A stretch of 64,000 nucleotides of DNA from an uncultured delta proteobacterium (GTDB lineage Bacteria; Myxococcota_A; Polyangia; Fen-1088), in the NCBI GenBank assembly GCA_963755125.1, contig CAVWIP010000001.1, forward strand, positions 192,001-256,000, written 5' to 3'. This document shows positions 27,731 to 39,926 of the stretch, one piece after another. Position numbers and translations under genes: made by a program. Within the stretch, counting starts at the first letter, position 1. Every line of letters begins with the position of its first letter. Below the pieces are notes generated by a model. It was not told the DNA's origin. It made no database searches and saw only the letters and a program-made list of their open reading frames with translations.

Positions 27731-28326
27731 TCTTTCTCTCCTGATGGCGAGCCGGTCGTACCGATGGCTTCGCCGAGTTTGTCGAGGCGCTTGTCCAGTC
27801 GTCCCATGCGAGGAACCAGGTCCTGGGCAAAGCGCTTCAGCTCTTCTGTGTACGTGGTTTGAATACTGCCAAGCTCCTCATGGGCTGCGGCCATAGCTTC
27901 CATTTCCTTGCGCACCGGAGTGGGTCGCGTCCCGGTCACCAGCCGGCAGCGTCGTCCTAGTCCCAGCCACTGCGCCCGCCAAACCGCACCTTCGTCGGCC
28001 CAGCGCTGCAGTTCATCGGCATCGTCGTTGGCCAGAAGGTGATGAGATCGTTCCAGGTACTTCCGCAGCGCGACTGACACGTCCCGCAGTTCGCCGAAGC
28101 AATTGGCCATCTCTGCCTTCGACACCCGAGCGCCAATCTCGTCGCCGGCTGGAAGCGCGTGCCGCCGCCGGTACAGGCTCACGCTCACCGACAGCAAAAG
28201 GTACAGGCTGCCGAGTGCAATGACTGAAAGGATCGTCCAGGAAACCAGTTTTCGATATTGCCGGAATTCTTGGGCTGGTTGTTTTGTAGGTAAAGACACG
28301 GTTCTTGGGGGCGACGAGAAATCCAC
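27727..28326 (-). CDS. Hypothetical membrane-anchored helical protein
   Basis: TM segment; stop overlaps the deaD start; start codon uncertain. Confidence 0.7.
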   Translation of the reverse strand: MDFSSPPRTVSLPTKQPAQEFRQYRKLVSWTILSVIALGSLYLLLSVSVSLYRRRHALPAGDEIGARVSKAEMANCFGELRDVSVALRKYLERSHHLLANDDADELQRWADEGAVWRAQWLGLGRRCRLVTGTRPTPVRKEMEAMAAAHEELGSIQTTYTEELKRFAQDLVPRMGRLDKRLDKLGEAIGTTGSPSGEKE

Positions 28327-28459
28327 CCCTGCCCGTCGAAGGGGGCTCCCAGCGAGGAGCGCGCGTCGCCGGAGCGCCGGCGAGTAGGTATAAGCTACGA
28401 GGCCAAAGGCCCCTTGTCAAACTTCATCGTGATTCATCGGGCGACCGCAGGTCGCACCG

Positions 28460-28983
28460 CTACGGGCACGTCAGATCGACGACCCAGGTCGTGCGCACCA
28501 CGAAGCCAGGCGATTTGGCGGGCAACGAATCGAGCTGCAAGTCAGCGGGCGCCTGATCGGGCGACAGGAACGGCCGGTCTGCCACTGACAGCGTCACTCG
28601 GTGCGAGGCCAGCCCCGAGGCGATCTGGTCGTCCGAGCAGCTAGGAGCAAACTGGATGGTCTCGCGATTGACGGCACCGCTGGGTGGCAACCTTGCCTCG
28701 AGTGCCAGGCGCGAGATGGAAGCGTCATAGGGCGGGTAGTCGATGAGCCAACGAGCCACGAGGATGTCGTCCAGGTTGGGGTCGCCAAGAGTGACTTGAA
28801 TGGTGTCTGTCGGGTCTGTGGAAGTGGGCAGCTGCGCGCCTGCGGTCGGGACGCTGCTGACCACGAAGGGTGGGTAGTTCTCAGACGGATCCTCGAACTG
28901 CGGCGCCACCGGGACAACGCAGGCGCAGGCCCACAGGGGCAGGGCGGCCAGCCAAAATCGCGATGAAAATCCGGCTTGCCAGG

Positions 28984-28987
<4 letters not shown>
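28460..28987 (-). CDS. Hypothetical lipoprotein
   Basis: Signal with ACAC; coupled to the upstream activator gene. Confidence 0.7.
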
Positions 28988-30819
<1,832 letters not shown>

Positions 30820-30843
30820 GGCTCGCAGTTTCTCCGGTTCTGG

Positions 30844-31761
30844 TCAGAAACGGAAGTACAGACCGGGGCCAAGCGCGTCGCCGACCAGGACGGGCAGAAT
30901 GTGCGGCGCGCTTGACTGGATGGCGAGGTGGCCGGAAGAAATCGGCGCCAGCGGGATTTCGGGCCGGAAGTAGTACAGGGCGTCGGCGATGCCCAGGCCG
31001 ACGGCGACAAAGAACGCCGCGCCGCTCGCGACCTGCGTGCGCAAAAGCCAGCGCGACCGGTTCTCGTCGGTATAGTCGATGTCCTCCGGCAGGCAGGGGT
31101 TGGCCCCGCTGTCATAGCGACAGCCCCGTTTGGGCTGCGACCCGTACAGCGCGAAGTTGGTCGAGAAGGCCGCCACGGAGACCGCGGCCAGCAGGACCTC
31201 CACCGTCAGAAAGGTCCAACCCTTGATCCGATGGCCATTCTGAAACTGTCCCGCGCCGAAGGGGACGAAGTTGACTGCGAAGGAATTACGGCCGAAGCGC
31301 TTCTCGATGATGGCCGGCCCGGCCCGCAGTTTCTCGCACTCCTCGCGGTCGCGCTGGCGCGCCAGCACCGCCTCTCGCTGCCTTGCCTCTAGGGTCTCGA
31401 CTTCGGCCTCATGGGCACGCAGAACCCCATTGAAGAGATCCACCACCTGGGGCGGATCGAGCAAAGGATCGAAGCGGTAGTCGGGCCGCAGTTGCAGGAG
31501 GCTGCGGAACTCCTGGGCGGCAGCGTCGTTGTGGCCCTGAAACAGTTCGGCCACCCCGAGCATGCGGTGGGCCTGCACTATCTGGCCCTCCGATTCCAGG
31601 CGGATTTCGGGGTAGAGCAGGGGCCGCAGGATCTCGATGGCCCGGGCATACTCGCCACGGTCAAATGATGTCTTGCCACGCCGAAGCTCGTCGGCCGCCG
31701 GCAACGGAGCGGCGTTGGGCGCTGCCTGGAAGAGCAGGAGAACGACGATTCCCACGCACAC
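30844..31761 (-). CDS. TPR-containing membrane/secreted protein
   Basis: Signal peptide, TPR-like helices, VPFGAGQFQNG plus TM segments. Confidence 0.75.
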   Translation of the reverse strand: MCVGIVVLLLFQAAPNAAPLPAADELRRGKTSFDRGEYARAIEILRPLLYPEIRLESEGQIVQAHRMLGVAELFQGHNDAAAQEFRSLLQLRPDYRFDPLLDPPQVVDLFNGVLRAHEAEVETLEARQREAVLARQRDREECEKLRAGPAIIEKRFGRNSFAVNFVPFGAGQFQNGHRIKGWTFLTVEVLLAAVSVAAFSTNFALYGSQPKRGCRYDSGANPCLPEDIDYTDENRSRWLLRTQVASGAAFFVAVGLGIADALYYFRPEIPLAPISSGHLAIQSSAPHILPVLVGDALGPGLYFRF

Positions 31762-31762
31762 G

Positions 31763-33652
31763 TTACTGATCCAACCGCACGGTTACTTGCCGCGATTCTC
31801 CCGCGGTGATGTTGACACGCTCAGTGAGGGTTTTTTCTCCAAGAAAGACCACGACGTCCAGACTCTTGCGCATCTCGTCGCCGACGTCAAAGGGAACCGG
31901 AACTCTTTCGCCCGCACGAACCGTGGTGCGCCAGGGGTTCGGCCGTCCATCACTCACCTCGCGCACCAGAATGCTGGCCTCGGCGCGCGCCGGCTGCAAG
32001 TTGACCGACAGGCGGGCTGGCTTGGGGTCGAGGTTGACGTAGAGGTGATCCCCGGGCGGCCGGTACACCTGCGGCCCCACGGTCACTTCCTTTCGGTTAC
32101 AGCAAGTGTCGTTGCGGAACTCCAAGATGTGAGGCCCGTCCCACGGAATCGCGATGCGGTCCTGCCGGGGACCGAAATCAAAACGTTTCTGGCCGTCCAT
32201 CCAGACTTCGACCTTTGGGGGATGAGGTCCCAAGGTCAACTCGACTCGCTGAGGGTTGGCCGAGGCCGCGCCACGGGGCGACTCGCGTGCGGTTTCATCG
32301 CGTGGGTCAGGCCGCTCGGCAGACGTCGGCGGTCTTCTTGACTCCCGTTGCGCGCGGCTCGCTGTAGCGGCCGCACTCTGCGGGCGGGCCACCAACTTGG
32401 CGAGCGGCGACGGAGACTTCGGCTCTCCGACGGTGGTCGGGCTGCTTGGCCCCGGAGGTTGCATGCTGCCGGCCATCCTCTCACCGCTGCCGCCCTGATT
32501 AGCCCGCACCGCCCGTCGCCAGATTGCAAAAGTTCCGGCCCCTATCCCCGCGAGAACCGCCAGCACGACGGCTAGGGTCACCCAGCGCCGGACGCGTTCG
32601 CCTCGCTCCAGCCGTCGTAGCTCGGCCAGAACGGTGGGATTCTCTGGTTCCAGGGCCAGGGCGCGGTTCCAAAGTTCCAGCGAGCGAGCGCTGCGGCCAG
32701 CCGCCTGCTCACGCTGGCCTGACGCCACCAGGGCCGTCGCGAGACGGTGCTCCAGGCCCTTGTCGTAGCTTTCGGGGTTCGTGAGGTACTGGCGCAGTTC
32801 CTCGCGAACGTTTTCAAGACCCGCGTCGGCCACGAAGGTGCGCAGGTCATCCAGCATGAGGGTAAGGCGCGGATAGCGGTCGTCGGGATGTCGCGCCAGC
32901 GAGCGCGTGATGACCTTGGCCAGATGGTCGGATATCCGCGGGCTCACCGTGCGCGGGTCAGCGAAACGGCCCTCACCGATGCGCTTCAGCACCTCGTGCG
33001 GGTTCTTCCCCGCGAAAGGCAACACGCCGGTCGCCATCTGATACAACATGACCCCCAGCGAAAAAACGTCGCTGCGAAAATCGAGAGTCTTGCCGTCGAG
33101 CACCTCGGGCGCCATGTAGGCTGGCGAGCCCAAGATCTGTCCCGTCACGGTCATCCGCTCCAGGTCCACGACCTGCGCCACACCAAAGTCCATCAGCTTG
33201 ATGGCCCCGTCCTTGCGGACCATCACGTTCTCGGGCTTGACGTCGCGGTGGATGATGCCAAACGAGTGCGCGTGGGCCAGGGCGCTGCCGACCTCCAGCA
33301 CGATGAGCGCCGCCAGTTCGGGCACGGGCAACTTTCGGTTGGCCAGAAATTGTTTCAGGGTCTGGCCATCGATGAACTCCGTGACGATGAAGGATGACTC
33401 CGCGTCGTCTCCCGAGTAGTCGAAAATCTGCAGGATGCCGTCGTGGTTCAGTTTGGCGACGGCCCGCGCCTCACGCTGCAGGCGTGCCCTTGATTCGGCC
33501 TCGGCCAGCAAGTGCGGGTGCAGCACCTTGACCGCCACCTCGCGCCGCAGGGTTTCGTCCTGCGCACGATAGACCACCGCCATGCCGCCCTGGCCGACTT
33601 CCTCAATGATTCGATATCGCGATGGCAGGGGGTTGGGAACCATAGTCACCAC
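31763..33652 (-). CDS. Membrane Ser/Thr protein kinase
   Basis: GQGGMA, VAVK, HRDVKPEN, DFG, APE; TPR-like helix pair, TM, PEGA-like tail. Confidence 0.95.
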   Translation of the reverse strand: MVTMVPNPLPSRYRIIEEVGQGGMAVVYRAQDETLRREVAVKVLHPHLLAEAESRARLQREARAVAKLNHDGILQIFDYSGDDAESSFIVTEFIDGQTLKQFLANRKLPVPELAALIVLEVGSALAHAHSFGIIHRDVKPENVMVRKDGAIKLMDFGVAQVVDLERMTVTGQILGSPAYMAPEVLDGKTLDFRSDVFSLGVMLYQMATGVLPFAGKNPHEVLKRIGEGRFADPRTVSPRISDHLAKVITRSLARHPDDRYPRLTLMLDDLRTFVADAGLENVREELRQYLTNPESYDKGLEHRLATALVASGQREQAAGRSARSLELWNRALALEPENPTVLAELRRLERGERVRRWVTLAVVLAVLAGIGAGTFAIWRRAVRANQGGSGERMAGSMQPPGPSSPTTVGEPKSPSPLAKLVARPQSAAATASRAQRESRRPPTSAERPDPRDETARESPRGAASANPQRVELTLGPHPPKVEVWMDGQKRFDFGPRQDRIAIPWDGPHILEFRNDTCCNRKEVTVGPQVYRPPGDHLYVNLDPKPARLSVNLQPARAEASILVREVSDGRPNPWRTTVRAGERVPVPFDVGDEMRKSLDVVVFLGEKTLTERVNITAGESRQVTVRLDQ

Positions 33653-33791
33653 ACGACGACAAGGCCAGCAGGACTAGGCTAGGCGTTCGATACTACGAGA
33701 CGAAGGGCCCACATACAACCAACAACTCAGCGCGTTGCGTGGGAGCTACAGGTTGACCCCAAGACGAGCCGAGACGACTATCTGCCGATTC

Positions 33792-35678
33792 ATGGGATCC
33801 GGCAATGTGAAAACGTCCAATTCCGCTTTCTCCGCGCGGACTGCTGGCGACATCTGGCGCGTCCGCGCAGCCCTGGCCGGAGACAGCATCGCGTTTCGGG
33901 TTCGCGATGGGGACGACTGGCGCGGCATCACCTGGCAGCAGGCGGACGTGATGGCACGCCAGATTGCCGGCGGGCTGGCGAGCTTGGGAATCGGCGCGGG
34001 TGAGTGCGTTTGCATTCTGGCCCAGACGCGGCTCGAATGGGTGCTCTGTGATGTCGGGCTGGTCCTCGCCGGCGCGGTGTCGGTGCCCATATACCCATCA
34101 AGCACGCCCGAGCAGTGTGCCTCCATTGTAAAAGACAGCGGCGCCCGGACGGTGATCGTCGAGGACGCCGCGCAGATGGACAAGCTGGTGCCTCTCCTGG
34201 CGCAGAACCCGAAGCTGCGTCTCGTCTTCTTCGATGGTAGCTCCAACCTCGAACATTCCGATGCCCGGAGCGGAAAGAAACCTCGGTTGCATGAGGTACT
34301 GGTTGCAGTGGAAAAGGCTGGTGGGCTGACGCCTCTGTCGCTGGCGGCATTGCGCCAGGCAGGCCAGGCGTGGCTGGCGGGCCATTTGGCAGAGTTGGAG
34401 CAGCGCTTAGCTGAGATCGGGCCCGACGATGTGTTCACCATCGTCTACACCTCGGGCACGACGGGACGGCCCAAGGGGGTGGTGCTGACCCACCGAAACA
34501 TGGTCGAGTCTTTTGCCAGCGCCATCCGCGCCTTCGATCTGCGCGACACGGACGTGCAGCTTCTCTTCTTGCCCCTAGCTCACGTACTCGGTCGTGAGAT
34601 GGAATGGGCGCCCATTCTGGCGGGCTCATCGATCGCGTTTTCCACCGGAGCGTCTCGCATCAAGTTCGACCTGGTGGACGTGCGGCCCACGTTCATGGCC
34701 GGCGTGCCGCGCGTCTTCGAAAAACTGCACACGGCGATCACCACGGCAACGGGGCAGGGGAGTTGGCCCAAACGCGCTCTGGTCGGATGGGCATTCAAGG
34801 TCGGAGCGCGGTACGCGGGCGGTTTGCGCCGGGGCGAGTCGCCTCGGTTCGGCGTGCGCATCGAGCACGCCTTGGCCGACCGGCTGGTCCTGTCCAAGCT
34901 GCGCGCTCGTCTGGGTTTCAACCGCTGTCGCTTCCTGATCTCGGGCGGCGCGCCGCTGTCTGCCGAGATTGCGGAATTCTTCCATGGCATCGGGCTCCTG
35001 GTACTCGAAGGGTACGGTCTGACCGAGACCGTGGCCGCCGCGTTCGTCAACCGCTGGAACCGCTTTCGCTTCGGCACCGTGGGACCCGCCATCGACGTGA
35101 TTCAGTATCGCATTGCCGAGGACGGCGAGATCCTGGTGCGCGGGCCGTCGGTCTTCACCCGCTATCACAACGATGCAGCCGCCACGGCCGAGGCCATCGA
35201 TGCCGAGGGCTGGTTTCATTCGGGCGACATCGGCCGGGTCGAGGATGGGTTCTTGAGCATCGTGGATCGCAAGAAGGACATCATCGTGACGGCAGGTGGG
35301 AAGAACGTGGCGCCCCAGATGGTCGAAACCGCACTAAAGGCCCACTGCCCGCTGATCAGTCAGGTGGTGGTGTTCGGCGACAAACGCCCGCACTGCGTAG
35401 CCATCGTCACGCTGTCGGAGACCGCCGCACGTCAGTTTGGAGGCGGAAACCTGGCCCGTGCCGCTTCACGGTCCGAGTTGCGTGTGGCCGTGGAAGACGC
35501 GGTGGCCGCGATCAACCGGACCCTGGCCTCCTACGAGACCATCAAGAACTTCGCCATCCTGCCAGCCGATTTTTCCGAAGCCGCGGGCGAGCTGACCCCC
35601 AGCCTCAAGGTCAAGCGGGATGTGGTGCGGAGCCGCTACGCTCACATCGTCGATGTCCTGTACGAGAAGCCTGTATAG
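33792..35678 (+). CDS. Long-chain fatty acid-CoA ligase (AMP-binding)
   Basis: YTSGTTGRPKG, EGYGLTE, SGDIG, DRKKD, LTPSLKVKR; start approximate. Confidence 0.92.
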   Translation: MGSGNVKTSNSAFSARTAGDIWRVRAALAGDSIAFRVRDGDDWRGITWQQADVMARQIAGGLASLGIGAGECVCILAQTRLEWVLCDVGLVLAGAVSVPIYPSSTPEQCASIVKDSGARTVIVEDAAQMDKLVPLLAQNPKLRLVFFDGSSNLEHSDARSGKKPRLHEVLVAVEKAGGLTPLSLAALRQAGQAWLAGHLAELEQRLAEIGPDDVFTIVYTSGTTGRPKGVVLTHRNMVESFASAIRAFDLRDTDVQLLFLPLAHVLGREMEWAPILAGSSIAFSTGASRIKFDLVDVRPTFMAGVPRVFEKLHTAITTATGQGSWPKRALVGWAFKVGARYAGGLRRGESPRFGVRIEHALADRLVLSKLRARLGFNRCRFLISGGAPLSAEIAEFFHGIGLLVLEGYGLTETVAAAFVNRWNRFRFGTVGPAIDVIQYRIAEDGEILVRGPSVFTRYHNDAAATAEAIDAEGWFHSGDIGRVEDGFLSIVDRKKDIIVTAGGKNVAPQMVETALKAHCPLISQVVVFGDKRPHCVAIVTLSETAARQFGGGNLARAASRSELRVAVEDAVAAINRTLASYETIKNFAILPADFSEAAGELTPSLKVKRDVVRSRYAHIVDVLYEKPV

Positions 35679-35724
35679 CACTGTCCGCACGCAACCTGGA
35701 ACCCGTCGCAGCCGATAACCCTGC

Positions 35725-36444
35725 ATGCTGCTTCGGCTCGCCGCAGGTCTTCTCTGGCCCGCGCGCTGTGCTGCCTGTAACGCCTTCGTGCCCGAAGGCA
35801 GGGCGTTTTGCGAGAGCTGTGCGGTTACGGTAGCGGCAGTCGATCGTCCCTGTCACGGATGTGGTTTGCCTGTAGATGACGGCCGCGATGAGAGCAGGCG
35901 CTGTCAGGGTTGCCAGGCCAGGCCGCTGCCCTTTTCGCGGGTTTGGACGGTGCTGGCCTACGGGGGCGCTACCACCGAAGCGGTTCTTCACCTGAAACAC
36001 GGAAGGCGTCGCCACCTGGCGCGACCCTTGGGCGCCTTGCTCGCGCCTGCCGTCGCAGCCGCGCTCGACAGCGGAGTGGACGCGCTGTGCCCGGTCCCCC
36101 TGCACCCCCGCCGTCTGCGCCAGAGAGGATTCAACCAGGCGCTGGAACTCCTGCGCGTGGCGGAAAAGCTCTCCCGCCGGCCAGCGTCCCGACCGCTGGT
36201 GGCTTTCAACGGCTTGCGCCGGGTTCGCGATACGCCGGCGCTGGGCTGGGAGTCGCCGGCGTCGCGGCGGCGGATCGTGGCCGGGGCCTTTGCCGTCGAG
36301 CGGCCGGGATGGGTTCGGGGTCGGCGGATCTTGCTGGTGGACGATGTCATGACCACGGGCGCCACGTTGGCCGAATGCACGCGCGTCTTGCTTCAGGCCG
36401 GAGCCGCCGAGGTGCAAGTGGCGGCATTGGCCAGAGTCGACTGA
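35725..36444 (+). CDS. comF: ComF family (Zn-ribbon plus PRTase) protein
   Basis: CAAC..CESC..CHGC..CQGC, VPLH..RGFNQA, LLVDDVMTTGAT. Confidence 0.88.
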   Translation: MLLRLAAGLLWPARCAACNAFVPEGRAFCESCAVTVAAVDRPCHGCGLPVDDGRDESRRCQGCQARPLPFSRVWTVLAYGGATTEAVLHLKHGRRRHLARPLGALLAPAVAAALDSGVDALCPVPLHPRRLRQRGFNQALELLRVAEKLSRRPASRPLVAFNGLRRVRDTPALGWESPASRRRIVAGAFAVERPGWVRGRRILLVDDVMTTGATLAECTRVLLQAGAAEVQVAALARVD

Positions 36445-36452
36445 TTCTCTGC

Positions 36453-36480
36453 TTGACTCTACCGTCGCCGTCGCTAACGT
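36453..36480 (+). promoter_or_regulatory. Sigma70-like promoter for tRNA-Val/thrS
   Basis: TTGACT-16 bp-TAACGT upstream of the tRNA. Confidence 0.55.
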
Positions 36481-36506
36481 AGCCCGCCTGAACCAAACAG
36501 ACTCAC

Positions 36507-36581
<75 letters not shown>

Positions 36582-36734
36582 TTTGTATTCAGGCTTCAGC
36601 GCCGGGGGGCGTCGGTGCTATCCTTCCGCCGTTGCAACCCGCGACCCTTGCCCACGCAGTCCGCGCCGACCGGCCCCCGCCAGCGAGCGCCTATCCCCTG
36701 TCAGCCGGATGTTTGCGTTCGGAGACCAAAGACC

Positions 36735-38537
36735 GTGAGTGAACGCCCGGTGATCCGCCCCCGCGACAAGGGGGATGTGCCTGATGATCCGCTGTCCCGC
36801 ATGCGCCATTCAGCCTCCCACGTGATGGCTGATGCGGTTCAGCGCCTGCGGCCCAAGGCCAAAGTGACCATCGGACCGGCCATCGAGAACGGATTCTACT
36901 ACGACTTCGACACCGAGCCGTTCGCGCCCGAGGACATCGAGAAGATCGAGGCCGAGATGGCCAAGATCGTCGCGCAGGATCTACCCTTCGTGCGCAAGGT
37001 GGTTTCGCGGCCAGAGGCCCTGCGTCTGTTTGCCGACAAGGGCGAGAGCTACAAGGTCGAAATCATCCAGTCGATTCCCGAGGGCGAAGAGATTTCGCTG
37101 TACCAGCACGGCGACTTCGTGGACCTGTGCGCCGGGCCGCACATCGAACGCACCGGGCAGATCGAGGCTTTCAAGGTGCTGTCGTTCGCGGGTGCCTACT
37201 GGCGCGGCGACGAGCGCAATCCGCAACTCCAGCGCGTGTACGGCACGGCGTTCGCGTCCAAGGACGATCTGAAAGCCCACCTGGATCGTCTTGAAGAGGC
37301 TAAGCGCCGCGATCACCGCGTGCTGGGCAAGCAACTGGACCTGTTCTCCGTCGACGAGCTGGTGGGCCCGGGCTTCGTGCTCTGGCACCCCAAGGGCGCC
37401 ATCGTGCGCACCGTGCTCGAGGATCTCATCCGTCGCGAGTTGGTACGCCGAGGCTATCAGGTCGTGTTCACCCCGCATGTGGCACGCGAGCAGTTGCTGG
37501 AGAAATCCGGCCACATGGCGCACTACAAAGAGAACCTGTTCGGCGGCATGGAACTGGAAGGCCAGCGCTATCTGGTCCGGCCCATGAACTGCCCCTTCCA
37601 CATCGCCATCTACCGGTCGCAGCTTCGCTCGCACCGCGAGTTGCCCATCCGCTACGCCGAGCTGGGAACCGTGTACCGCTACGAGCGCTCGGGCGTGCTG
37701 CACGGCCTGCTGCGCGTGCGCGGATTCACCCAGGATGACGCCCACCTATTTCTGCGTGAAGAGCAGATTGAGGAAGAAATGGCCGCCTGCGTGCGCTTCG
37801 GCCTCGACATCCTCAAGGTCTTCGGCTTTGCCGATGTGAAGGCATTTTTGGCGACCCGTCCGGAGAATTTCATGGGCGACAGGGCGGCCTGGGACCGGGC
37901 CGAGGCCGCCATCCGGCGCGTGCTGGAGGCTGCGGGCATGCCCTTCGAGGTGGATGAAGGCGGCGGCGCCTTCTACGGCCCCAAGATCGATCTGAAGATC
38001 CGCGACGCCCTCGGCCGCGAATGGCAGTGCACCACCTTCCAGCTCGATTTCCAGCTTCCCGAGCGCTTCGCGCTGGAGTACGTGGCGCCCGACGGTTCGC
38101 GCCAGCGGCCAGTCATGATCCACCGCGCGCTGTTCGGATCGATGGAGCGCTTCATGGCGGTTCTCATCGAGCACTTTGCTGGTGCCTTCCCGCTCTGGCT
38201 CGCGCCGGTACAGGCGCGCGTGCTCACCGTGAGTGAAAAGGCCGATGTCTGGGGCCGCGAGGTGCAGGCGCGCCTCTTGGCGGCCGACCTGCGCGCGGAC
38301 GCCGATCTGTCGGCCGACAAGCTCGGCGCCAAGATCCGGCGCGCGCAGATGGAAAAGATTCCATACATGCTGGTAGTGGGCGAGAGAGACATGGCTGCCC
38401 GCGTGGTTTCGCCGCGGACGCGGGACGGCCAGCAGATGCCGGCCACGCCACTCGATGAGTTGGCGCAAAGGTTGGCGTCCGAAGCCGTGCCCCCTGTGCT
38501 CGGCGCTCCCTCGGCAGAGAAGAAACCGATCAGTTAG
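36735..38537 (+). CDS. thrS: Threonyl-tRNA synthetase (no N-terminal TGS domain)
   Basis: RHSASH, DLCAGPH, GAYWRG, PMNCP, FYGPKID, IHRA. Confidence 0.96.
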   Translation: MSERPVIRPRDKGDVPDDPLSRMRHSASHVMADAVQRLRPKAKVTIGPAIENGFYYDFDTEPFAPEDIEKIEAEMAKIVAQDLPFVRKVVSRPEALRLFADKGESYKVEIIQSIPEGEEISLYQHGDFVDLCAGPHIERTGQIEAFKVLSFAGAYWRGDERNPQLQRVYGTAFASKDDLKAHLDRLEEAKRRDHRVLGKQLDLFSVDELVGPGFVLWHPKGAIVRTVLEDLIRRELVRRGYQVVFTPHVAREQLLEKSGHMAHYKENLFGGMELEGQRYLVRPMNCPFHIAIYRSQLRSHRELPIRYAELGTVYRYERSGVLHGLLRVRGFTQDDAHLFLREEQIEEEMAACVRFGLDILKVFGFADVKAFLATRPENFMGDRAAWDRAEAAIRRVLEAAGMPFEVDEGGGAFYGPKIDLKIRDALGREWQCTTFQLDFQLPERFALEYVAPDGSRQRPVMIHRALFGSMERFMAVLIEHFAGAFPLWLAPVQARVLTVSEKADVWGREVQARLLAADLRADADLSADKLGAKIRRAQMEKIPYMLVVGERDMAARVVSPRTRDGQQMPATPLDELAQRLASEAVPPVLGAPSAEKKPIS

Positions 38538-38564
38538 CGCGGCGACCAACCAGGAGAAAAGACC

Positions 38565-39257
38565 ATCCCAAGGCCAGGCGGGTATTCGGGTTCCAGCGGA
38601 AGCGCTGCAGACAACTATCGCGTTGGGCGACGCATTCGCGTGCCCGAGGTGCGAGTCATCGGAGCGGACGGCTCTCAGGTCGGCATCTTGCCGACCTATG
38701 AAGCACTGAAACTCGCTGACGAACAGAACCTTGATCTGGTGGAGGTGAGCCCGCGGGCTGTCCCGCCGGTTTGCCGGATCATGGACTTCGGCAAGTTCAA
38801 GTATGAGGAATCGAAGAAGGAAAAGGCGTCGCGGCGGCACCAGTCCACGGTCGTCATCAAGGAAATAAAGCTTCGGCCCAAGACCGACAAGCACGACTTG
38901 GCCTTCAAGCTCAAGCACATCCATCGCTTCCTGGGCGAGGGTAACAAGTGCAAATTGGTGATCGTTTTTCGCGGACGCGAGATCGTTCACCCCGAGACCG
39001 GCCAGGCCATGCTGGACCAAGTCGTCAAGGGGTGTCTGGACATCGCAGCGGTCGAGCAGAAACCCATCATGGAAGGACGCCGAATGGTCATGATCATCGG
39101 CCCGCGCGCCGGTGTGATCCGACCGGCCAGTTCGTCCGGTCTAACGGCGTCGCCGTCCAGGCCGGGCGACCAGGAGAACGGACCCAATGCGAGCGACGCG
39201 CCAGCGGCGCCTTCCAGCGGGCCGCGTTTTGGGGCGCCCCCGTCGCAGAAAAGCTAG
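38565..39257 (+). CDS. infC: Translation initiation factor IF-3, ATC start, C-terminal extension
   Basis: AGGAG then in-frame ATC at 38565; RIRVPEVRVIG, PPVCRIMDFGK, KEIKLRPK. Confidence 0.93.
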   Translation: MPRPGGYSGSSGSAADNYRVGRRIRVPEVRVIGADGSQVGILPTYEALKLADEQNLDLVEVSPRAVPPVCRIMDFGKFKYEESKKEKASRRHQSTVVIKEIKLRPKTDKHDLAFKLKHIHRFLGEGNKCKLVIVFRGREIVHPETGQAMLDQVVKGCLDIAAVEQKPIMEGRRMVMIIGPRAGVIRPASSSGLTASPSRPGDQENGPNASDAPAAPSSGPRFGAPPSQKS

Positions 39258-39332
39258 TGCCAAAGGTTGGTTCCGCTTCAGGGCACTAGACTCTTGCACT
39301 GCCCGGCGAGACGGATATACTCCGCGCCTCCC

Positions 39333-39539
39333 ATGCCCAAGCTCAAAATGAAGACCAAGAGCAGCGTGAAGAAGCGCTTCAAGCTGACGGCCAAGGGACG
39401 CATCAAGAGGAAGCGTGCCTATCTGCGGCACATCCTCACGCCCAAGCGAACCAAGAACAAGCGGAAACTGCGTCGGGGCGGCTACATCGCCAAGACTCAG
39501 GAACATCAGATCAAGGCGATGATTCCGTACGGACTCTAG
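39333..39539 (+). CDS. rpmI: 50S ribosomal protein L35
   Basis: KMKTKSSVKKRFKLTAKG..HIL. Confidence 0.95.
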   Translation: MPKLKMKTKSSVKKRFKLTAKGRIKRKRAYLRHILTPKRTKNKRKLRRGGYIAKTQEHQIKAMIPYGL

Positions 39540-39549
39540 GAGTTGACCC

Positions 39550-39903
39550 ATGCCTCGCGCTAAAGGTGGATTCAAGACAAAGCGACGCCGGGACCGCATT
39601 CGGAAGCATGCCAAGGGCTTTCGCGGCGGCCGCTCCAAGCTGTGGAAGGCAGCGGTAGAAGCCGTCCATCGCAAGTGGCGCTTCTCACTCTTCCATCGGC
39701 GCAAGAGGAAGGGCGATTTTCGGGGAGTGTGGATCGCGCGTATCAATGCCGCCAGCCGCGAACTCGGTGTTGCCTACTCGCGGCTCTTCGCCGGGCTAGA
39801 CAAGCAGGGCATCACTCTCGACCGCAAGATCCTCGCGGACCTGGCCATCAGCGACCCCAACGCCTTCAAGAAGGTCGTTGAGGCTGCCGGCGTGGCATCC
39901 TAG
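39550..39903 (+). CDS. rplT: 50S ribosomal protein L20
   Basis: [29 protein letters not shown]. Confidence 0.96.
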   Translation: MPRAKGGFKTKRRRDRIRKHAKGFRGGRSKLWKAAVEAVHRKWRFSLFHRRKRKGDFRGVWIARINAASRELGVAYSRLFAGLDKQGITLDRKILADLAISDPNAFKKVVEAAGVAS

Positions 39904-39926
39904 GCTCCTTTGGCAGCGGTTCCGTC

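Noticed and set aside
28325..28390. Possible third copy of the palindromic repeat element (GGCTCCCAGCGA)
   Set aside because: Only a short gapped match to one end; the GAACCCT/AGGGTTC hairpin is absent
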